This document shows, one piece after another, positions 35,136-45,588 of a stretch of DNA of 64,000 nt. The DNA comes from a plasmid. The stretch's first letter is position 1. Every line of letters begins with the position of its first letter. The stretch lies in the sequence record NZ_CP087960.1. One strand, 5' to 3'. The position numbers were made by a program, and so were the translations under genes. Under the pieces are notes generated by a model, which saw only the letters and a list, made by a program, of their open reading frames with translations, made no database searches and was not told the origin of the DNA.

Positions 35136-36714
35136 ATTCAGTTAATGCTTTTCTCTTATCTAGACTTACATGTCCTTTTTCTAGAATCATTTCCTTTCTA
35201 GTCTGATGACTTATTTCTTTTTTCAATTTTTCAATTCTTTTTTTACTTAAAGTGAATAAATATAAATTTCTTTTTCTTGGAACATTCCGCCGAGCCGGAG
35301 CCACCCGGCCACCTGCCCCTGAAGAACTTTTTTGAGTTTTTGCTTTATTAAGTAAGGTTTGAAAATACATTTCAGGATTAACCCTTAATTTTAAAGGAGT
35401 TTTTTTGTGCATCTTATTAGCTTGTTTATCTAAAGTAGCTAAAGATTTTAAAACTGCATTTCCATTTCGTCGGCGAATATCTTTAAGTTTATTAACTTTA
35501 TAATTTTTATTTTCACGTTTTGAAATACCGTATAAAGCTTGTCGCGTATCTTGATAATCAGAAATATCTTTTTTATATGTACGATAATCTTGATCATCTT
35601 TTAGTAAGGTTTCAGTAATTATATCCAGGAGCGCTTTACCATTGGCATCATTTTTTTCAAGCCATTTGTAGTTCCAGTTTCTTCGATCAGCTGGTAGGTG
35701 CTCCATGAGTTGATTAATCATTGCTTGAAAATCAGGATTTTCTTTTTGCTTTTCAAAATGCTGAAAAACATTGGCTCTAACTTGATCACGATTACGGGAG
35801 ATTTCTTTCGTTAGATCACTGGTATTGATCAACGTATTTGTAAAAACAGATTTCATTTGATCGATTACTTTTTGAGGCCTACGTCCCTTGGGCTGTTTAA
35901 CAAGATTTCCAAACTTATCTTCACGCTCAATAATTGGTCGCTGATTTATTGCTTCAACAGTTGCAAAATGGATATGAACATTATCAGTGTTACGATGAAT
36001 TGACGCCATCCAATAAGGCTGATACAAAGGTGGATTCATTTTTGCTTGAAAAGTTTTCATCATTTCTTGACTTGCGTGTCGCATAGCTTGTTCATCTAGC
36101 ATTCCAGTTTCTTTATTTAAAATTCCTTTTTTTACTAAGAAATCATTATCGAAAGAAATTACGTCTTGCCATAGCACGCTATGATTAGCTTGTGCTTTAG
36201 TTAATTGATCTCGAATGTGTTGAAAGTCTTTAAGATGAACTTGATCCATATCTGAAGTAAAAAAGCCAACTGCTAATTTATCTTTTGTCACTTTTAGGTC
36301 TGTTAATTTATTAGCTGCTTCATTAACTCGTTTTAGTTCTTGAGTTTCTTGGGGAGTTAATTCGCGTTTACCTTGGATTGTAGCTAATGCGCTTGATCTA
36401 GCCATGTAGCCCAAGTATTTTGAAAATTGGTCATCGTTTAATTCGCTCAATACTTTATTGTTTAAAAGTTTTTTTGCTTGTTTATTAACTAGCTCATCTT
36501 TTGATTGATCAAAAACTTTTCTAAACTTTCCATGTATATCAAGTTCACGAGCTTTGATAGTAACGCGATTAATCTCTTTTCTTTCTTGCTCGGTTAAATA
36601 TTCCTTAGATTCGAGAGCTTCTTTACGAGCCATGTAGCCCAAGTATTTACCGAAAGATTTTCCGTTTGTTTCTGTTGAAAATTTTGAAGTTAAAATTATA
36701 GCTGGTCTTTTCAT
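35095..36714 (-). CDS. MOBP-family conjugative relaxase
   Basis: Three-His motif ASIHRNTDNVHIHFATVEAIN matches the RP4 TraI motif III HTDTDNLHIHIAIN; N-terminal Tyr-containing duplicated segment (G)KYLGYMAR. Confidence 0.65.
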   Translation of the reverse strand: MKRPAIILTSKFSTETNGKSFGKYLGYMARKEALESKEYLTEQERKEINRVTIKARELDIHGKFRKVFDQSKDELVNKQAKKLLNNKVLSELNDDQFSKYLGYMARSSALATIQGKRELTPQETQELKRVNEAANKLTDLKVTKDKLAVGFFTSDMDQVHLKDFQHIRDQLTKAQANHSVLWQDVISFDNDFLVKKGILNKETGMLDEQAMRHASQEMMKTFQAKMNPPLYQPYWMASIHRNTDNVHIHFATVEAINQRPIIEREDKFGNLVKQPKGRRPQKVIDQMKSVFTNTLINTSDLTKEISRNRDQVRANVFQHFEKQKENPDFQAMINQLMEHLPADRRNWNYKWLEKNDANGKALLDIITETLLKDDQDYRTYKKDISDYQDTRQALYGISKRENKNYKVNKLKDIRRRNGNAVLKSLATLDKQANKMHKKTPLKLRVNPEMYFQTLLNKAKTQKSSSGAGGRVAPARRNVPRKRNLYLFTLSKKRIEKLKKEISHQTRKEMILEKGHVSLDKRKALTEYEKIQKAAERSQE

Positions 36715-36795
36715 GTATCACTCCAAAAGCTTTATTTGCTTGAATAGTCATCAACATATGGATTATATTTTGGACGTTTTATTGCTTTTTCTTTT

Positions 36796-37083
36796 TCAGT
36801 TTCCACTAATTTTTTGATTTCTTTTTTTAGCTTGTTCATTTTTCTTTAGCTCCCTTCTTAAATTTACAAATTCAAATATTGGTGTTGCTAATATGATTAT
36901 TCCTAAGTATTCAAATAATTTACCGGCTACTAACAATAACCAATACCAAGCATAAAAATTATATTGATTAAAAAATTCCGCATGAAGAAAATAAAAGCTA
37001 CATGCAATTAATAAAAAAAGAATGGAAAGCCTAACGTGTTTAACAATCATTGCTTCCATTCTTTTTAAAATATATTTATTCAT
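36796..37083 (-). CDS. Small membrane protein (95 aa, 2 TM)
   Basis: Hydrophobic helices LSILFLLIACSFYFL and WLLLVAGKLFEYLGIIILATPIF. Confidence 0.3.
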   Translation of the reverse strand: MNKYILKRMEAMIVKHVRLSILFLLIACSFYFLHAEFFNQYNFYAWYWLLLVAGKLFEYLGIIILATPIFEFVNLRRELKKNEQAKKRNQKISGN

Positions 37084-37468
37084 TAACTACTGCCTTGTGC
37101 CAATGTTTATTAATTTGACCTGCTGCAATTTCTTTTTTAACTTTTTGCTTAGCAGATTTAATACTGATGTATTGTGATCCAACTTGCACATTCGTAATGG
37201 GAAGACCATTGTCATCTTGAAAGCCACGCCCTTTAACCATTAACTCACCTGTAACTTCCATTAAAGTTTGTAAATTAAAATTAATATTCTTTAAGTCTTT
37301 CAATTCGGTTTGCAAATTTTTACAAGCCAAGTGATCGTGTACAAATAAAACTAGTACATCGTGTGCAGTTTTTATTGCGGGATTTTTTTCTCGAATTTCA
37401 TTAATGAGTTTCCACTCTTCATCACTAAGTTGAGTTCTAAATTCCTTCTTCCGTGTCATAATTTTCAT
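37076..37468 (-). CDS. hypothetical protein (130 aa)
   Basis: ORF overlapping its neighbours in operon fashion. Confidence 0.3.
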   Translation of the reverse strand: MKIMTRKKEFRTQLSDEEWKLINEIREKNPAIKTAHDVLVLFVHDHLACKNLQTELKDLKNINFNLQTLMEVTGELMVKGRGFQDDNGLPITNVQVGSQYISIKSAKQKVKKEIAAGQINKHWHKAVVNE

Positions 37469-37880
37469 TCCTTTCTTTTAGTTCATTGTTTAAATTTTTT
37501 GCTTTTGTTTTATCTTCTTGAATTATTGCATCTAAAATTTTGGAGATAAGATTAATTTTTCTACGAACATTTTTATCTGTTTTAAGACTAAGATCTTCGG
37601 AAAGATTTAATGCTTCTTCTGTGTCACCGGTGATTAATAAGAAAAATAATTTATCTACTGCATCTTGATATGCTTCCATATTTTCAACCATTGCTTTTAA
37701 TTGCACGGCTGTCTCACTATCAATTTTTTTATAAAGATCTTCTTCTGGAATTTTTTCAATTCTATCTCTTAAAAATTTTGATCGTGAAATTTTAGTTTTA
37801 TTTTGATGATTATATTGTTCAATCATTTTATCGATTGAATATATAACTTTGGGGTCAATATTTCGAATTATTAAATCCAT
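37437..37880 (-). CDS. Putative relaxase accessory/DNA-binding protein (MobC-like?), 147 aa
   Basis: First gene of the relaxase operon; N-terminus paralogous to the 64-aa ORF at 38027..38221. Confidence 0.3.
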   Translation of the reverse strand: MDLIIRNIDPKVIYSIDKMIEQYNHQNKTKISRSKFLRDRIEKIPEEDLYKKIDSETAVQLKAMVENMEAYQDAVDKLFFLLITGDTEEALNLSEDLSLKTDKNVRRKINLISKILDAIIQEDKTKAKNLNNELKERNENYDTEEGI

Positions 37881-38026
37881 TTCTTATTCTCCTTTATTTT
37901 TGTCATTAAAATTATCGAGTTCTTTTCCTAACTTAACTGCTAAATTAGTTGCACTATTTTTATTGTTTGCGATTAAAGCAAACAATAATTCTGTATTTAA
38001 TTTTTGACTCGTAATTAAATACTTTT

Positions 38027-38221
38027 TTATTGCTTGAAGTTCTCTCCGTTGGATATGTTGTTTAGTTTATTTTTGATTTTTTGTTCGGAGTATTTTTTAA
38101 TAAGATCTCTTAAAAATTTACTTCTTGAAATTTTTGTATGATTCTTTTTGTTAATTTGTTCTATTTCTTTATCAATAACGTAGATATCTTTTGGATCTAC
38201 GTTTTTAATTTTTAAATCCAT
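38027..38221 (-). CDS. Truncated paralog (64 aa) of the 147-aa accessory protein. Its 3' end runs into a 32-bp repeat shared with the primase gene 3' end
   Basis: MDLKIKNVDPKDIYVIDKEIEQINKKNHTKISRSKFLRDLIKKY vs MDLIIRNIDPKVIYSIDKMIEQYNHQNKTKISRSKFLRDRIEKI. Confidence 0.35.
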   Translation of the reverse strand: MDLKIKNVDPKDIYVIDKEIEQINKKNHTKISRSKFLRDLIKKYSEQKIKNKLNNISNGENFKQ

Positions 38222-38470
38222 TTTCTATTGTCTCCTTTTATTAATTATATTGGTAGCTCCTACGTCGCTCTTGGAGTAAAGAGCATAAGGGAAATCTGAT
38301 ATCAACCTCGTGCCTCGGTTGCTACTTTGGCTGTGCCAAAGGGATTTCCAAAGGGTTAGAGATTATATCGTATTTTTCGATTATTTCCGCACAAACGGAC
38401 GTTTTCCAACCTAAAAAAAATAGGCATTCCGCTTAAACGGACACCTATTTAGCTACGTTTCTATAAAATT

Positions 38471-39349
38471 TTAGAAGTTTATAGCGCCATTTTGGGTTGC
38501 CTTAATGTTTTCTTTTTGCTCTTTAATTGTCTTTTTAGCTTCCTTAATGATCTGAGTTTGATTATCAATATCTTGTTTGTAATCACTAATTTGACTTTCG
38601 ATATCTTCTTTTTGTGAGGATGAAGCAATTGCTTTTTTACGATTCATCTTTCTAATTAATTCTTGATCTCGGTCAATTGTTGCCTGAGCATTTGCAATTT
38701 TCTTTTGAGATGATGAAATCTTTTTAGTGTAGGTCTTAATAAGCATTGCTAAATAGTTTTTAGCATATGCAGATTTTGCTTTAGGTTTTAAGTTTGTATC
38801 CAACTTGATTTTATTTTCGCGAGCGTACATTTTGATCAGAGTATTTTTCGTAAATCCATCAGTTTCAACTTTAGAATTAATTAATTCAGGAACAACATCG
38901 TAACGAATTACGTTAAAACCAGGTTGAATGTCTTTGGCCTCAATTACAAAGTAATGGTCATTAATTTTTTGAAAACGTGTTGAAACAAATCTTGCTTGGT
39001 TTCCCATAGTACCGTGTTGAATTTGAGCACGAGTTGCATATTTAATATTACTTAGTGCTTTTTCTGCTGAAAGATCATTTACATCTTCTTTATTTCCAAC
39101 ATAAAATTCTGAGACTAGATAACCAGTTTTAGGATTAAAAGTTGAACTCATTCGATAGAGCTTAGCATTGGTGGCAACATCTGTAGTATCATTTCTAGTT
39201 AAACTAACTTTACCTGCTCCCATGTAAAATGGACTAAGTAAAATCCCGATAAAAGCTACTAAAATGATTGTAGCTGCACTTAAAAATGCTTTTCGCTTTC
39301 GGAATTTTTCGTGACGCTTTAATTCTTTTTGTTTATTTGTTTTAGGCAT
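38471..39349 (-). CDS. T4SS membrane protein (N-terminal TM, C-terminal coiled coil), 292 aa
   Basis: TM helix AFLSAATIILVAFIGILLSPFYM; last gene of the T4SS operon. Confidence 0.3.
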   Translation of the reverse strand: MPKTNKQKELKRHEKFRKRKAFLSAATIILVAFIGILLSPFYMGAGKVSLTRNDTTDVATNAKLYRMSSTFNPKTGYLVSEFYVGNKEDVNDLSAEKALSNIKYATRAQIQHGTMGNQARFVSTRFQKINDHYFVIEAKDIQPGFNVIRYDVVPELINSKVETDGFTKNTLIKMYARENKIKLDTNLKPKAKSAYAKNYLAMLIKTYTKKISSSQKKIANAQATIDRDQELIRKMNRKKAIASSSQKEDIESQISDYKQDIDNQTQIIKEAKKTIKEQKENIKATQNGAINF

Positions 39350-39367
39350 TCTATTTTCATCTCCATT

Positions 39368-39637
39368 CTATTCGCCATAACCGTACTGACTTTCTAGACC
39401 TAATTTTTTATATTGGGACTTATTAAATTTGATTTCAGATTCTAAATCATGAATTTTAGAATCTTTTTTATGAATAACTTTTTCATATTTTGAAATTTGA
39501 CTTTGATTTGGGGCTTGGACAAAAGTATAAACAACTTGACCGACATTAAGTAAAAGAAGGAAAACAACTAAATACTTTAGCCAAGAATTTTCTTTTTTTA
39601 AACTATAACTCTTGGACGCGTGTTTATATCTGGCCAT
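39368..39637 (-). CDS. Small T4SS membrane protein (89 aa)
   Basis: Single TM LKYLVVFLLLLNVGQVVYTFV. Confidence 0.3.
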   Translation of the reverse strand: MARYKHASKSYSLKKENSWLKYLVVFLLLLNVGQVVYTFVQAPNQSQISKYEKVIHKKDSKIHDLESEIKFNKSQYKKLGLESQYGYGE

Positions 39638-40050
39638 TTCATTGCTCCTTTAAATAAATCATTTATTTTTCTTTTATCGATACCAGTGTATCTGTCAACT
39701 TCTTTTCCATGATGTAACACAATTAAAGTTGGTACATAATGCAAGTTATATTCACCGATGTAATGTTTATTTTTTACATTATTTAAATTAATTGGTTTTA
39801 TATTTGTTCCACCAAAATCTTTTTCCACCATAACTCTGTCAAAAATTGCTTTACAGTCTGAACAATCATCTTTATAAAATAAAACAACCGCGTTTTCGTT
39901 TTTCTTTAGAGAAACTTGAACGCGGTTGTTTTCAATAGCTGTATTTCTTAAATGATATCCTTCAATACTAAGACCAAAAGCTAATAGAGTGAAGAAAAAT
40001 ATCATTGCAATTTTGGTGCTTGTCTTTAATTTGTTTTTATTCTTTTTCAT
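39598..40050 (-). CDS. Membrane-anchored thioredoxin-like protein (CxxC)
   Basis: N-terminal TM; CSDC redox motif in FYKDDCSDCKAIFDRV with a thioredoxin-fold-like layout. Confidence 0.5.
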   Translation of the reverse strand: MKKNKNKLKTSTKIAMIFFFTLLAFGLSIEGYHLRNTAIENNRVQVSLKKNENAVVLFYKDDCSDCKAIFDRVMVEKDFGGTNIKPINLNNVKNKHYIGEYNLHYVPTLIVLHHGKEVDRYTGIDKRKINDLFKGAMKWPDINTRPRVIV

Positions 40051-40052
40051 TT

Positions 40053-40697
40053 CTAATCATTCTTTTCTGTATTTTCAGCAAATTTTCCCACAGATTTTAG
40101 ACTAGTAAATTGTCCTGAATGAGTATTGTAAGTTAAATTAAATCCTTCAGTAGGTGAAGCAATTAATTTGTCATTCAAGTAAGTTCCGTAATGTACTTTT
40201 AAAAATACTGGAACATTACCATCAGAATCTTCTAGTCCATTGGTAATTGAACTTGAGTAATAGTCGCCAGCAATTTTTTGACCTTTAATTTGCTCTAGGT
40301 CATGTTTTGGAAATAGGGCTGGATCAACAGTTGCTTTTTTAGAAAGTAAAACGCTGACTTTGTTTTGTCGTTTTAAATAATCTTTAGAGCCAGAGTAATT
40401 AAACAAAGCTTTGGCTACTTTGATAGCTCTAGTGTTAATTGCACGATTAAGCATAACTTGTCTTACTGAGTCTGAAGTTGATTGATTACTAGAATTTTGT
40501 TTTTGGTCTAATAATATTGATTCATTATCACTTTGAATTGTGGAGAGCTGTCTCTTTTTTTGATTTAAGGCTACCTGCGCTTTGTTTAAGTCTGCATCAT
40601 ATTTTGCCTGCTTAGATTTAAAAGCAGTACCGGTTCCTATGCTTAATACTATTAATGATGTTGCTACTCCAATTTGAATTCTTTGCCAAGCTTCCAT
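40053..40697 (-). CDS. T4SS membrane protein (VirB8-like candidate), 214 aa
   Basis: N-terminal TM, periplasmic-type C-terminal domain; translationally coupled to its neighbours. Confidence 0.3.
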   Translation of the reverse strand: MEAWQRIQIGVATSLIVLSIGTGTAFKSKQAKYDADLNKAQVALNQKKRQLSTIQSDNESILLDQKQNSSNQSTSDSVRQVMLNRAINTRAIKVAKALFNYSGSKDYLKRQNKVSVLLSKKATVDPALFPKHDLEQIKGQKIAGDYYSSSITNGLEDSDGNVPVFLKVHYGTYLNDKLIASPTEGFNLTYNTHSGQFTSLKSVGKFAENTEKND

Positions 40698-41317
40698 TAT
40701 TGATTGCTCCCTTCATTCTTTAGAACATCTGATGTAGAAAAGGTTACTAACTTATAGCTATTAACTTTTTGAGTTGTGAGATCATAGTCAAAATTAAATG
40801 CAATGGATAATGGTTCAGAACCAGTTCCTTTTTTAACTTCATATTGTGTGTAAGCAAAAACTTTTGCATGATGAATGTCTTTAACGTTATTGAAGTAAAC
40901 ATGTACTTCATTGTTATTAAGATAAGAAGTTTCAGGATTGTAAACGACAAAAAAGTTGGCAAACTTTTTGCCCATCAAACTTTGAATTTTACTTTTCTGA
41001 GTTTTAAAATCATTTTCTGTCTTCAAGCCACCAAAAGTTGTTTGTAGTCCTTGAGATAATCTATCAGTTGCGGTCTTTTCTTGATCGGTCAAGTTGAAAT
41101 TATTAGCAGCAAACAATGGGGAATTGTTTTGAGCTTGTTGACGTGCAACCTTAATTTGCTTAGCAGTATTTCTAGTTTCTTGACGTATTTCAGATATGTT
41201 TCCTTGCTTTGGAATATTAACTAAGGCAAAGATAACCGATAGTATAGACAAGACCCAGAGCGTTAAACGAAATGCCTTTTCATTATTGTTTTCTTTTTTC
41301 GTTTTATTAAATTCCAT
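40697..41317 (-). CDS. T4SS membrane protein (VirB8-like candidate), 206 aa
   Basis: N-terminal TM LTLWVLSILSVIFALVNI; coupled start/stop with its neighbours. Confidence 0.3.
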   Translation of the reverse strand: MEFNKTKKENNNEKAFRLTLWVLSILSVIFALVNIPKQGNISEIRQETRNTAKQIKVARQQAQNNSPLFAANNFNLTDQEKTATDRLSQGLQTTFGGLKTENDFKTQKSKIQSLMGKKFANFFVVYNPETSYLNNNEVHVYFNNVKDIHHAKVFAYTQYEVKKGTGSEPLSIAFNFDYDLTTQKVNSYKLVTFSTSDVLKNEGSNQ

Positions 41318-42621
41318 TACTTATCTCCTTCAATTAATTTTGACCAATCTATCCAAGTGCCATCATTACTAAAGGCATGAGCTTCAGCCGCCATAATTTC
41401 TTTCTTGCTGACACCAATGTGAACGTGGCTAACGTTGCTTAAGCTAGAATCTAATGTTCCAATTTTTTGACCGGCAGTTACTTTATCGCCTACTTTAACT
41501 GAAATTGCTTTATCCTTATCTCCTGGATCAAAAGCAAATTCTTGATACACTTCGTAATACCCATCGTCACTTTTTACACAAACAAACCAACCTAAGTCGC
41601 TTTGAGTTGACCCTTGGTGATCAATTTTATAAACCGTTCCATCATGAATGGCTAAAATATCTTGCTTATTGTAAGGAATTGTTCCGAAATCAAGACCATC
41701 ATGGAATCCATTTTTTCGACCGCCACCAACGTTACCAAAGAGTTGAGCGCCAGAAATTTGCGGTTTACCTTTAATTGATTTAAACGGCCAAGCCCACTTT
41801 CCATCACTTACAACAACACAATTTGTTTCATCACTATCTGCTGAGTTAGAAGAGCTATTAGTATTTTTACCACCAGTACTACCTAATTTGCTCTCATCTG
41901 CTTTTACGCTACTTCCATTAAAAAGTTTGTAGGCAGTTTCCGCATTAGCAATTCTTTTTGTACCACTTCCATCTGGATCACTTGCGTAACCGCCCCCGGC
42001 TTCCATTTGACTGATATAAAATCGTTCGGCAGCTTCTTTGGGATCTGTAGTAGTACCAAATGTTTTTAAACTATTGTCTTTAAATTTCCCACTGGTCCAC
42101 ATTGCTTGATTTTTCATATCATTCTCTAGCATTTCGATTTGAACATCTAAGTCAGTCCAACTTTTGCCTTTCTTTTCTGCAAAGCTTTTTAAAGCAGTTG
42201 TTCTAGCAAAGGTCCATTGAATTAGTCCAGCACCATTATCGCTAGCGTTTACTGCGCCAGTATTAAACTTAGATTCTTGAGCAATATTACCTAAGGCCCC
42301 AGCAGCGGCAGCTCCTGAAACACCTAAATCTTTGGTTAAGCGATCAAAGATTGTCTTAGCTGTGTTATATTCTTTAGAGCCTTTTTGAGTCCATTCGCCA
42401 GTTGCTCCACTTACTTGACCCGCAATTGGATTCGATGTATCAGGAGCACAAGTTCCTTTAACACCAATAATTACACTATAAATAACTGCGATGAAAATAA
42501 TAAAAGAGGCGATACATGCTGTAACGCCTCCTACGATTAATCCAATCGTGAGTGAATGTCGACACAACCTTCGTCGGATCATTCTCATGAATGGATCTTT
42601 ATTTTTTTTATTGTTTATCAT
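41317..42621 (-). CDS. Bifunctional cell-wall hydrolase: lytic transglycosylase (SLT) + M23 peptidase (VirB1/PrgK/TraG-like)
   Basis: SLT motifs NIAQESKFNTGA ... GAGLIQWT; M23 motifs HDGLDFG (HxxxD) and SHVHIGV (HxH); N-terminal TM. Confidence 0.7.
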   Translation of the reverse strand: MINNKKNKDPFMRMIRRRLCRHSLTIGLIVGGVTACIASFIIFIAVIYSVIIGVKGTCAPDTSNPIAGQVSGATGEWTQKGSKEYNTAKTIFDRLTKDLGVSGAAAAGALGNIAQESKFNTGAVNASDNGAGLIQWTFARTTALKSFAEKKGKSWTDLDVQIEMLENDMKNQAMWTSGKFKDNSLKTFGTTTDPKEAAERFYISQMEAGGGYASDPDGSGTKRIANAETAYKLFNGSSVKADESKLGSTGGKNTNSSSNSADSDETNCVVVSDGKWAWPFKSIKGKPQISGAQLFGNVGGGRKNGFHDGLDFGTIPYNKQDILAIHDGTVYKIDHQGSTQSDLGWFVCVKSDDGYYEVYQEFAFDPGDKDKAISVKVGDKVTAGQKIGTLDSSLSNVSHVHIGVSKKEIMAAEAHAFSNDGTWIDWSKLIEGDK

Positions 42622-44648
42622 TATTGACCACCATCGAATAACTTCAGTTGTTCTGGGTCAGGATTATTAGTAACTTTATATCTTTGTCCGCTACCTAAAG
42701 TCCATATAGCGTTTCCTGTTGTTAATGACGGAATTTCGCTATAGTCACTTGGCATTAAGCTATCTCCTAGTAGCTTTTTGATTTTTGCAAGTTGCGAATT
42801 CTCCATTGCCATCATAACTTTGATTGCACATAAATCGAAAACAACTTTCAAGTCGGATTGTTCTACGCTGTTAACTTTATCTGGGACCATTTCTTCTGGT
42901 GATTGTGTTGCAAAAATAATTCCTGCATTGAATTTACGCATTTCTCTTTCAAAGTCTTTAATGTAAGTTACCGCATTCATATTTTTGTAATTGACAATGT
43001 TGTGGCATTCATCTAGTACAACATCAAAGTAACTAATTTCATCATTAGTAATCACGCCATTATCTAGTAAATAATTCTGACGTCGTCCGTTTTGTAGAGC
43101 CTGATTCCAAATCAATGATAATGTAGAAAATATTTGAGCTTGATAAACGCTCCCCTGGTTAGCAACAGTAGAAGTGTCAAATAGAACAACCTTTTCTCGC
43201 GATAAGTCCTTCATACTACTATGACCATCAAACATTTGACCGTAGTTATCGATCATTGCTTCAACACCAATTTTGATTTTTTCAAAAGTTCTACGACGTT
43301 GGGGACTAGCATGAATTGCGCTTAAATATTCTTCGCTATTGCATTTATCAACATATCTACTAAATTCCGAAAAGGTAGGATAATCTTGAGGATCTTTTCC
43401 CGTAAGTCGAACTTTTCCTGGATTTCGTTGCCAATCTTTAGGTAATAATCCGTAGTAAATATAGAAACTACGTAGAATGTTTTTAAAATCTTGGATTTCA
43501 ATTTCTGCAAAATCTCGGTTAACCATTTTAAAAAGCACGCTAACTTTGTCTAAGTGCTGCATGAAGGAAGCTACTTCGTCTACTACCTTTCCTTCCTTAT
43601 CAGTAACCGTAGCCATAACTTCTAGCGGATTAATCATACCTTCACTTCCGTCTAAATTAACGACAACCCCACCAAGTGCTCTTACTAAGCGAACATATTC
43701 ACCACTCTTATCAATCCCGCGCCAGTACATGTTTCTTGCAAAACTACCTTCAGTTAACATTTTAAGCAGCGTTGATTTACCAGCTCCCATTTTTCCTAAA
43801 ACCATCATATTGAAGGATCTACGAGTATTAGTTGATCTGAACTGGTCAAAAATAAATGCACCGCCAGCGCTTGTTGTGCCAAGAGGAATACCCCGAGGAT
43901 CTTTTAAGCTTTGAAAGCTAAAAGGATTTCCAAAGCCTAAAGTTCTAGCTGGCATGATCTGTTCTGGTACAGCTGCAAAACTTCGCTCTTGTTTGGTAAG
44001 TTTTTGTGTCATAGATTTGTACTGGTCAGCTTGCGTAAAGTTATAGACAGTTGCTCTGAAATCATTACCTTTTAGGCTCTTAATGAGGTCTCTGATTTTT
44101 TCTTGCAAGCTTTCAATTGTTGGCGCATAAACGAAAATTCTAGAAACAATTTTCTTAGGAATTTCACCTTGACGAGAAATAGAAGATGATAAATCCATTA
44201 AATCCTGGTAATTGTCTTGAGCATCACTCATAGACGTTGCTTTACGACCATTAGTCGCTTGATCTCCTAATTCTTGTAAACTTCGATTAATTTCACTCTT
44301 TAATCGTTCACTGGAAGCAGTCTTAACGTCCATAATTGCCACTGTTGAGTCATTTAGCATTACTTGAGTAGCCCATAAAATATTAGGATCAGTAGGATAT
44401 TGTAAAATGTTAACGCATGCCGAGTATCCATCACCAATTGCATGATCGTCATCAAAAGTAATGCCACCTTGTGGCTGAGTCTTTGCCAAAAATTCTACAT
44501 CATAACCATCGCGTAAGAGTCGTTTGATTCCAGCATCATTGATAACTTGTGTTGGATCAATTTGTGGTTCTTTAATTTGAGTATTTACGGTACTTTCTCT
44601 GTGTAGTATCTTGTCTCCTAAATTTTGCAAACTTTCTAATACACTCAT
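42621..44648 (-). CDS. VirB4-family T4SS ATPase (TraE/PrgJ-like)
   Basis: Walker A MVLGKMGAGKST; Walker B VVLDECHNIV; 675 aa. Confidence 0.85.
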   Translation of the reverse strand: MSVLESLQNLGDKILHRESTVNTQIKEPQIDPTQVINDAGIKRLLRDGYDVEFLAKTQPQGGITFDDDHAIGDGYSACVNILQYPTDPNILWATQVMLNDSTVAIMDVKTASSERLKSEINRSLQELGDQATNGRKATSMSDAQDNYQDLMDLSSSISRQGEIPKKIVSRIFVYAPTIESLQEKIRDLIKSLKGNDFRATVYNFTQADQYKSMTQKLTKQERSFAAVPEQIMPARTLGFGNPFSFQSLKDPRGIPLGTTSAGGAFIFDQFRSTNTRRSFNMMVLGKMGAGKSTLLKMLTEGSFARNMYWRGIDKSGEYVRLVRALGGVVVNLDGSEGMINPLEVMATVTDKEGKVVDEVASFMQHLDKVSVLFKMVNRDFAEIEIQDFKNILRSFYIYYGLLPKDWQRNPGKVRLTGKDPQDYPTFSEFSRYVDKCNSEEYLSAIHASPQRRRTFEKIKIGVEAMIDNYGQMFDGHSSMKDLSREKVVLFDTSTVANQGSVYQAQIFSTLSLIWNQALQNGRRQNYLLDNGVITNDEISYFDVVLDECHNIVNYKNMNAVTYIKDFEREMRKFNAGIIFATQSPEEMVPDKVNSVEQSDLKVVFDLCAIKVMMAMENSQLAKIKKLLGDSLMPSDYSEIPSLTTGNAIWTLGSGQRYKVTNNPDPEQLKLFDGGQ

Positions 44649-44661
44649 GCAATAGCCCTCC

Positions 44662-45282
44662 TTATTTACTGTTTAAATTATTTAACCGGTAAAGAACTTC
44701 TCCAGTTTCTTTTTTATTTATTTCTCTTAAATGTAAGTAGCCTTGATCTGCAAATTTGGCAGATTTAACTACTGATTTTAGTTCTTTTTTGTTATCTGCA
44801 AACACTTGAATGTAAAAGTTAATATCACTGTAACTATCTGCTTCTCTTTCAAGATTAATGACTTTACTTAAGTAATATCTTTGCAATTGCTTTCTTGTAT
44901 CTGATTGAGCAGTATTGTCAGACATACTCTTCATGCGTAGTTTTCGCCAATATACTTGTTGCTGACTAGTATCAATACGAGTTGAAAGAATGACGATCTT
45001 GTAATCTGGTGTAAAAACGCGATTAAACATAGTAAATGCAGTCAAGTATTTGAGTCTAGTATCATCGTCTAAACTAAAAAGATCTGTAGGTTCTACTTTT
45101 AAGTAGCGCGATACAGATCCATCTTTTAAATATAAACGACCATTTTTGGTACAAGCTCTATACCCAAGAAAATCAAGCATAGATTTAATATCTTTTTGAG
45201 ATAGCCCCGAAGGGCTTGCTCTTTTTGTTTTGAAGATTTTTTCAAATAAAGATTGCTTCTTTTTAATTATCTTTTTTCCCAT
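44662..45282 (-). CDS. T4SS-associated protein (206 aa)
   Basis: Conserved position between the VirB3-like and VirB4 genes. Confidence 0.3.
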   Translation of the reverse strand: MGKKIIKKKQSLFEKIFKTKRASPSGLSQKDIKSMLDFLGYRACTKNGRLYLKDGSVSRYLKVEPTDLFSLDDDTRLKYLTAFTMFNRVFTPDYKIVILSTRIDTSQQQVYWRKLRMKSMSDNTAQSDTRKQLQRYYLSKVINLEREADSYSDINFYIQVFADNKKELKSVVKSAKFADQGYLHLREINKKETGEVLYRLNNLNSK

Positions 45283-45586
45283 TTTCTTCTCCTCTCACAA
45301 ATAATGGATAATATTTATTTCTGTCTTGTTTAAGAACTAGAAGTAAGACCTTCCAATTTGGCACGCCGTAACATAAAGTTGTGGAAGCTACAGCTGCAAT
45401 TCCCGTTAATGCTGAAAATCCTAGTAAAACAAATTGCATAATTGCTGGTAAGTTGCTTATTTTAGCTATATGTAAGCCAAGAGCAATAAAACCTAAGACG
45501 GTCAAAATATCAATTAATGGTACATAGACAACTGTTAAACGATATTTCGTCTTTTTAGGCATAACTAGTTTTTGATAACTATCCAT
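45263..45586 (-). CDS. VirB3-like small membrane protein (107 aa, 2 TM)
   Basis: Two TM helices; immediately upstream of the VirB4 region as in Gram-positive T4SS. Confidence 0.4.
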   Translation of the reverse strand: MDSYQKLVMPKKTKYRLTVVYVPLIDILTVLGFIALGLHIAKISNLPAIMQFVLLGFSALTGIAAVASTTLCYGVPNWKVLLLVLKQDRNKYYPLFVRGEENGKKDN

Positions 45587-45588
45587 TT

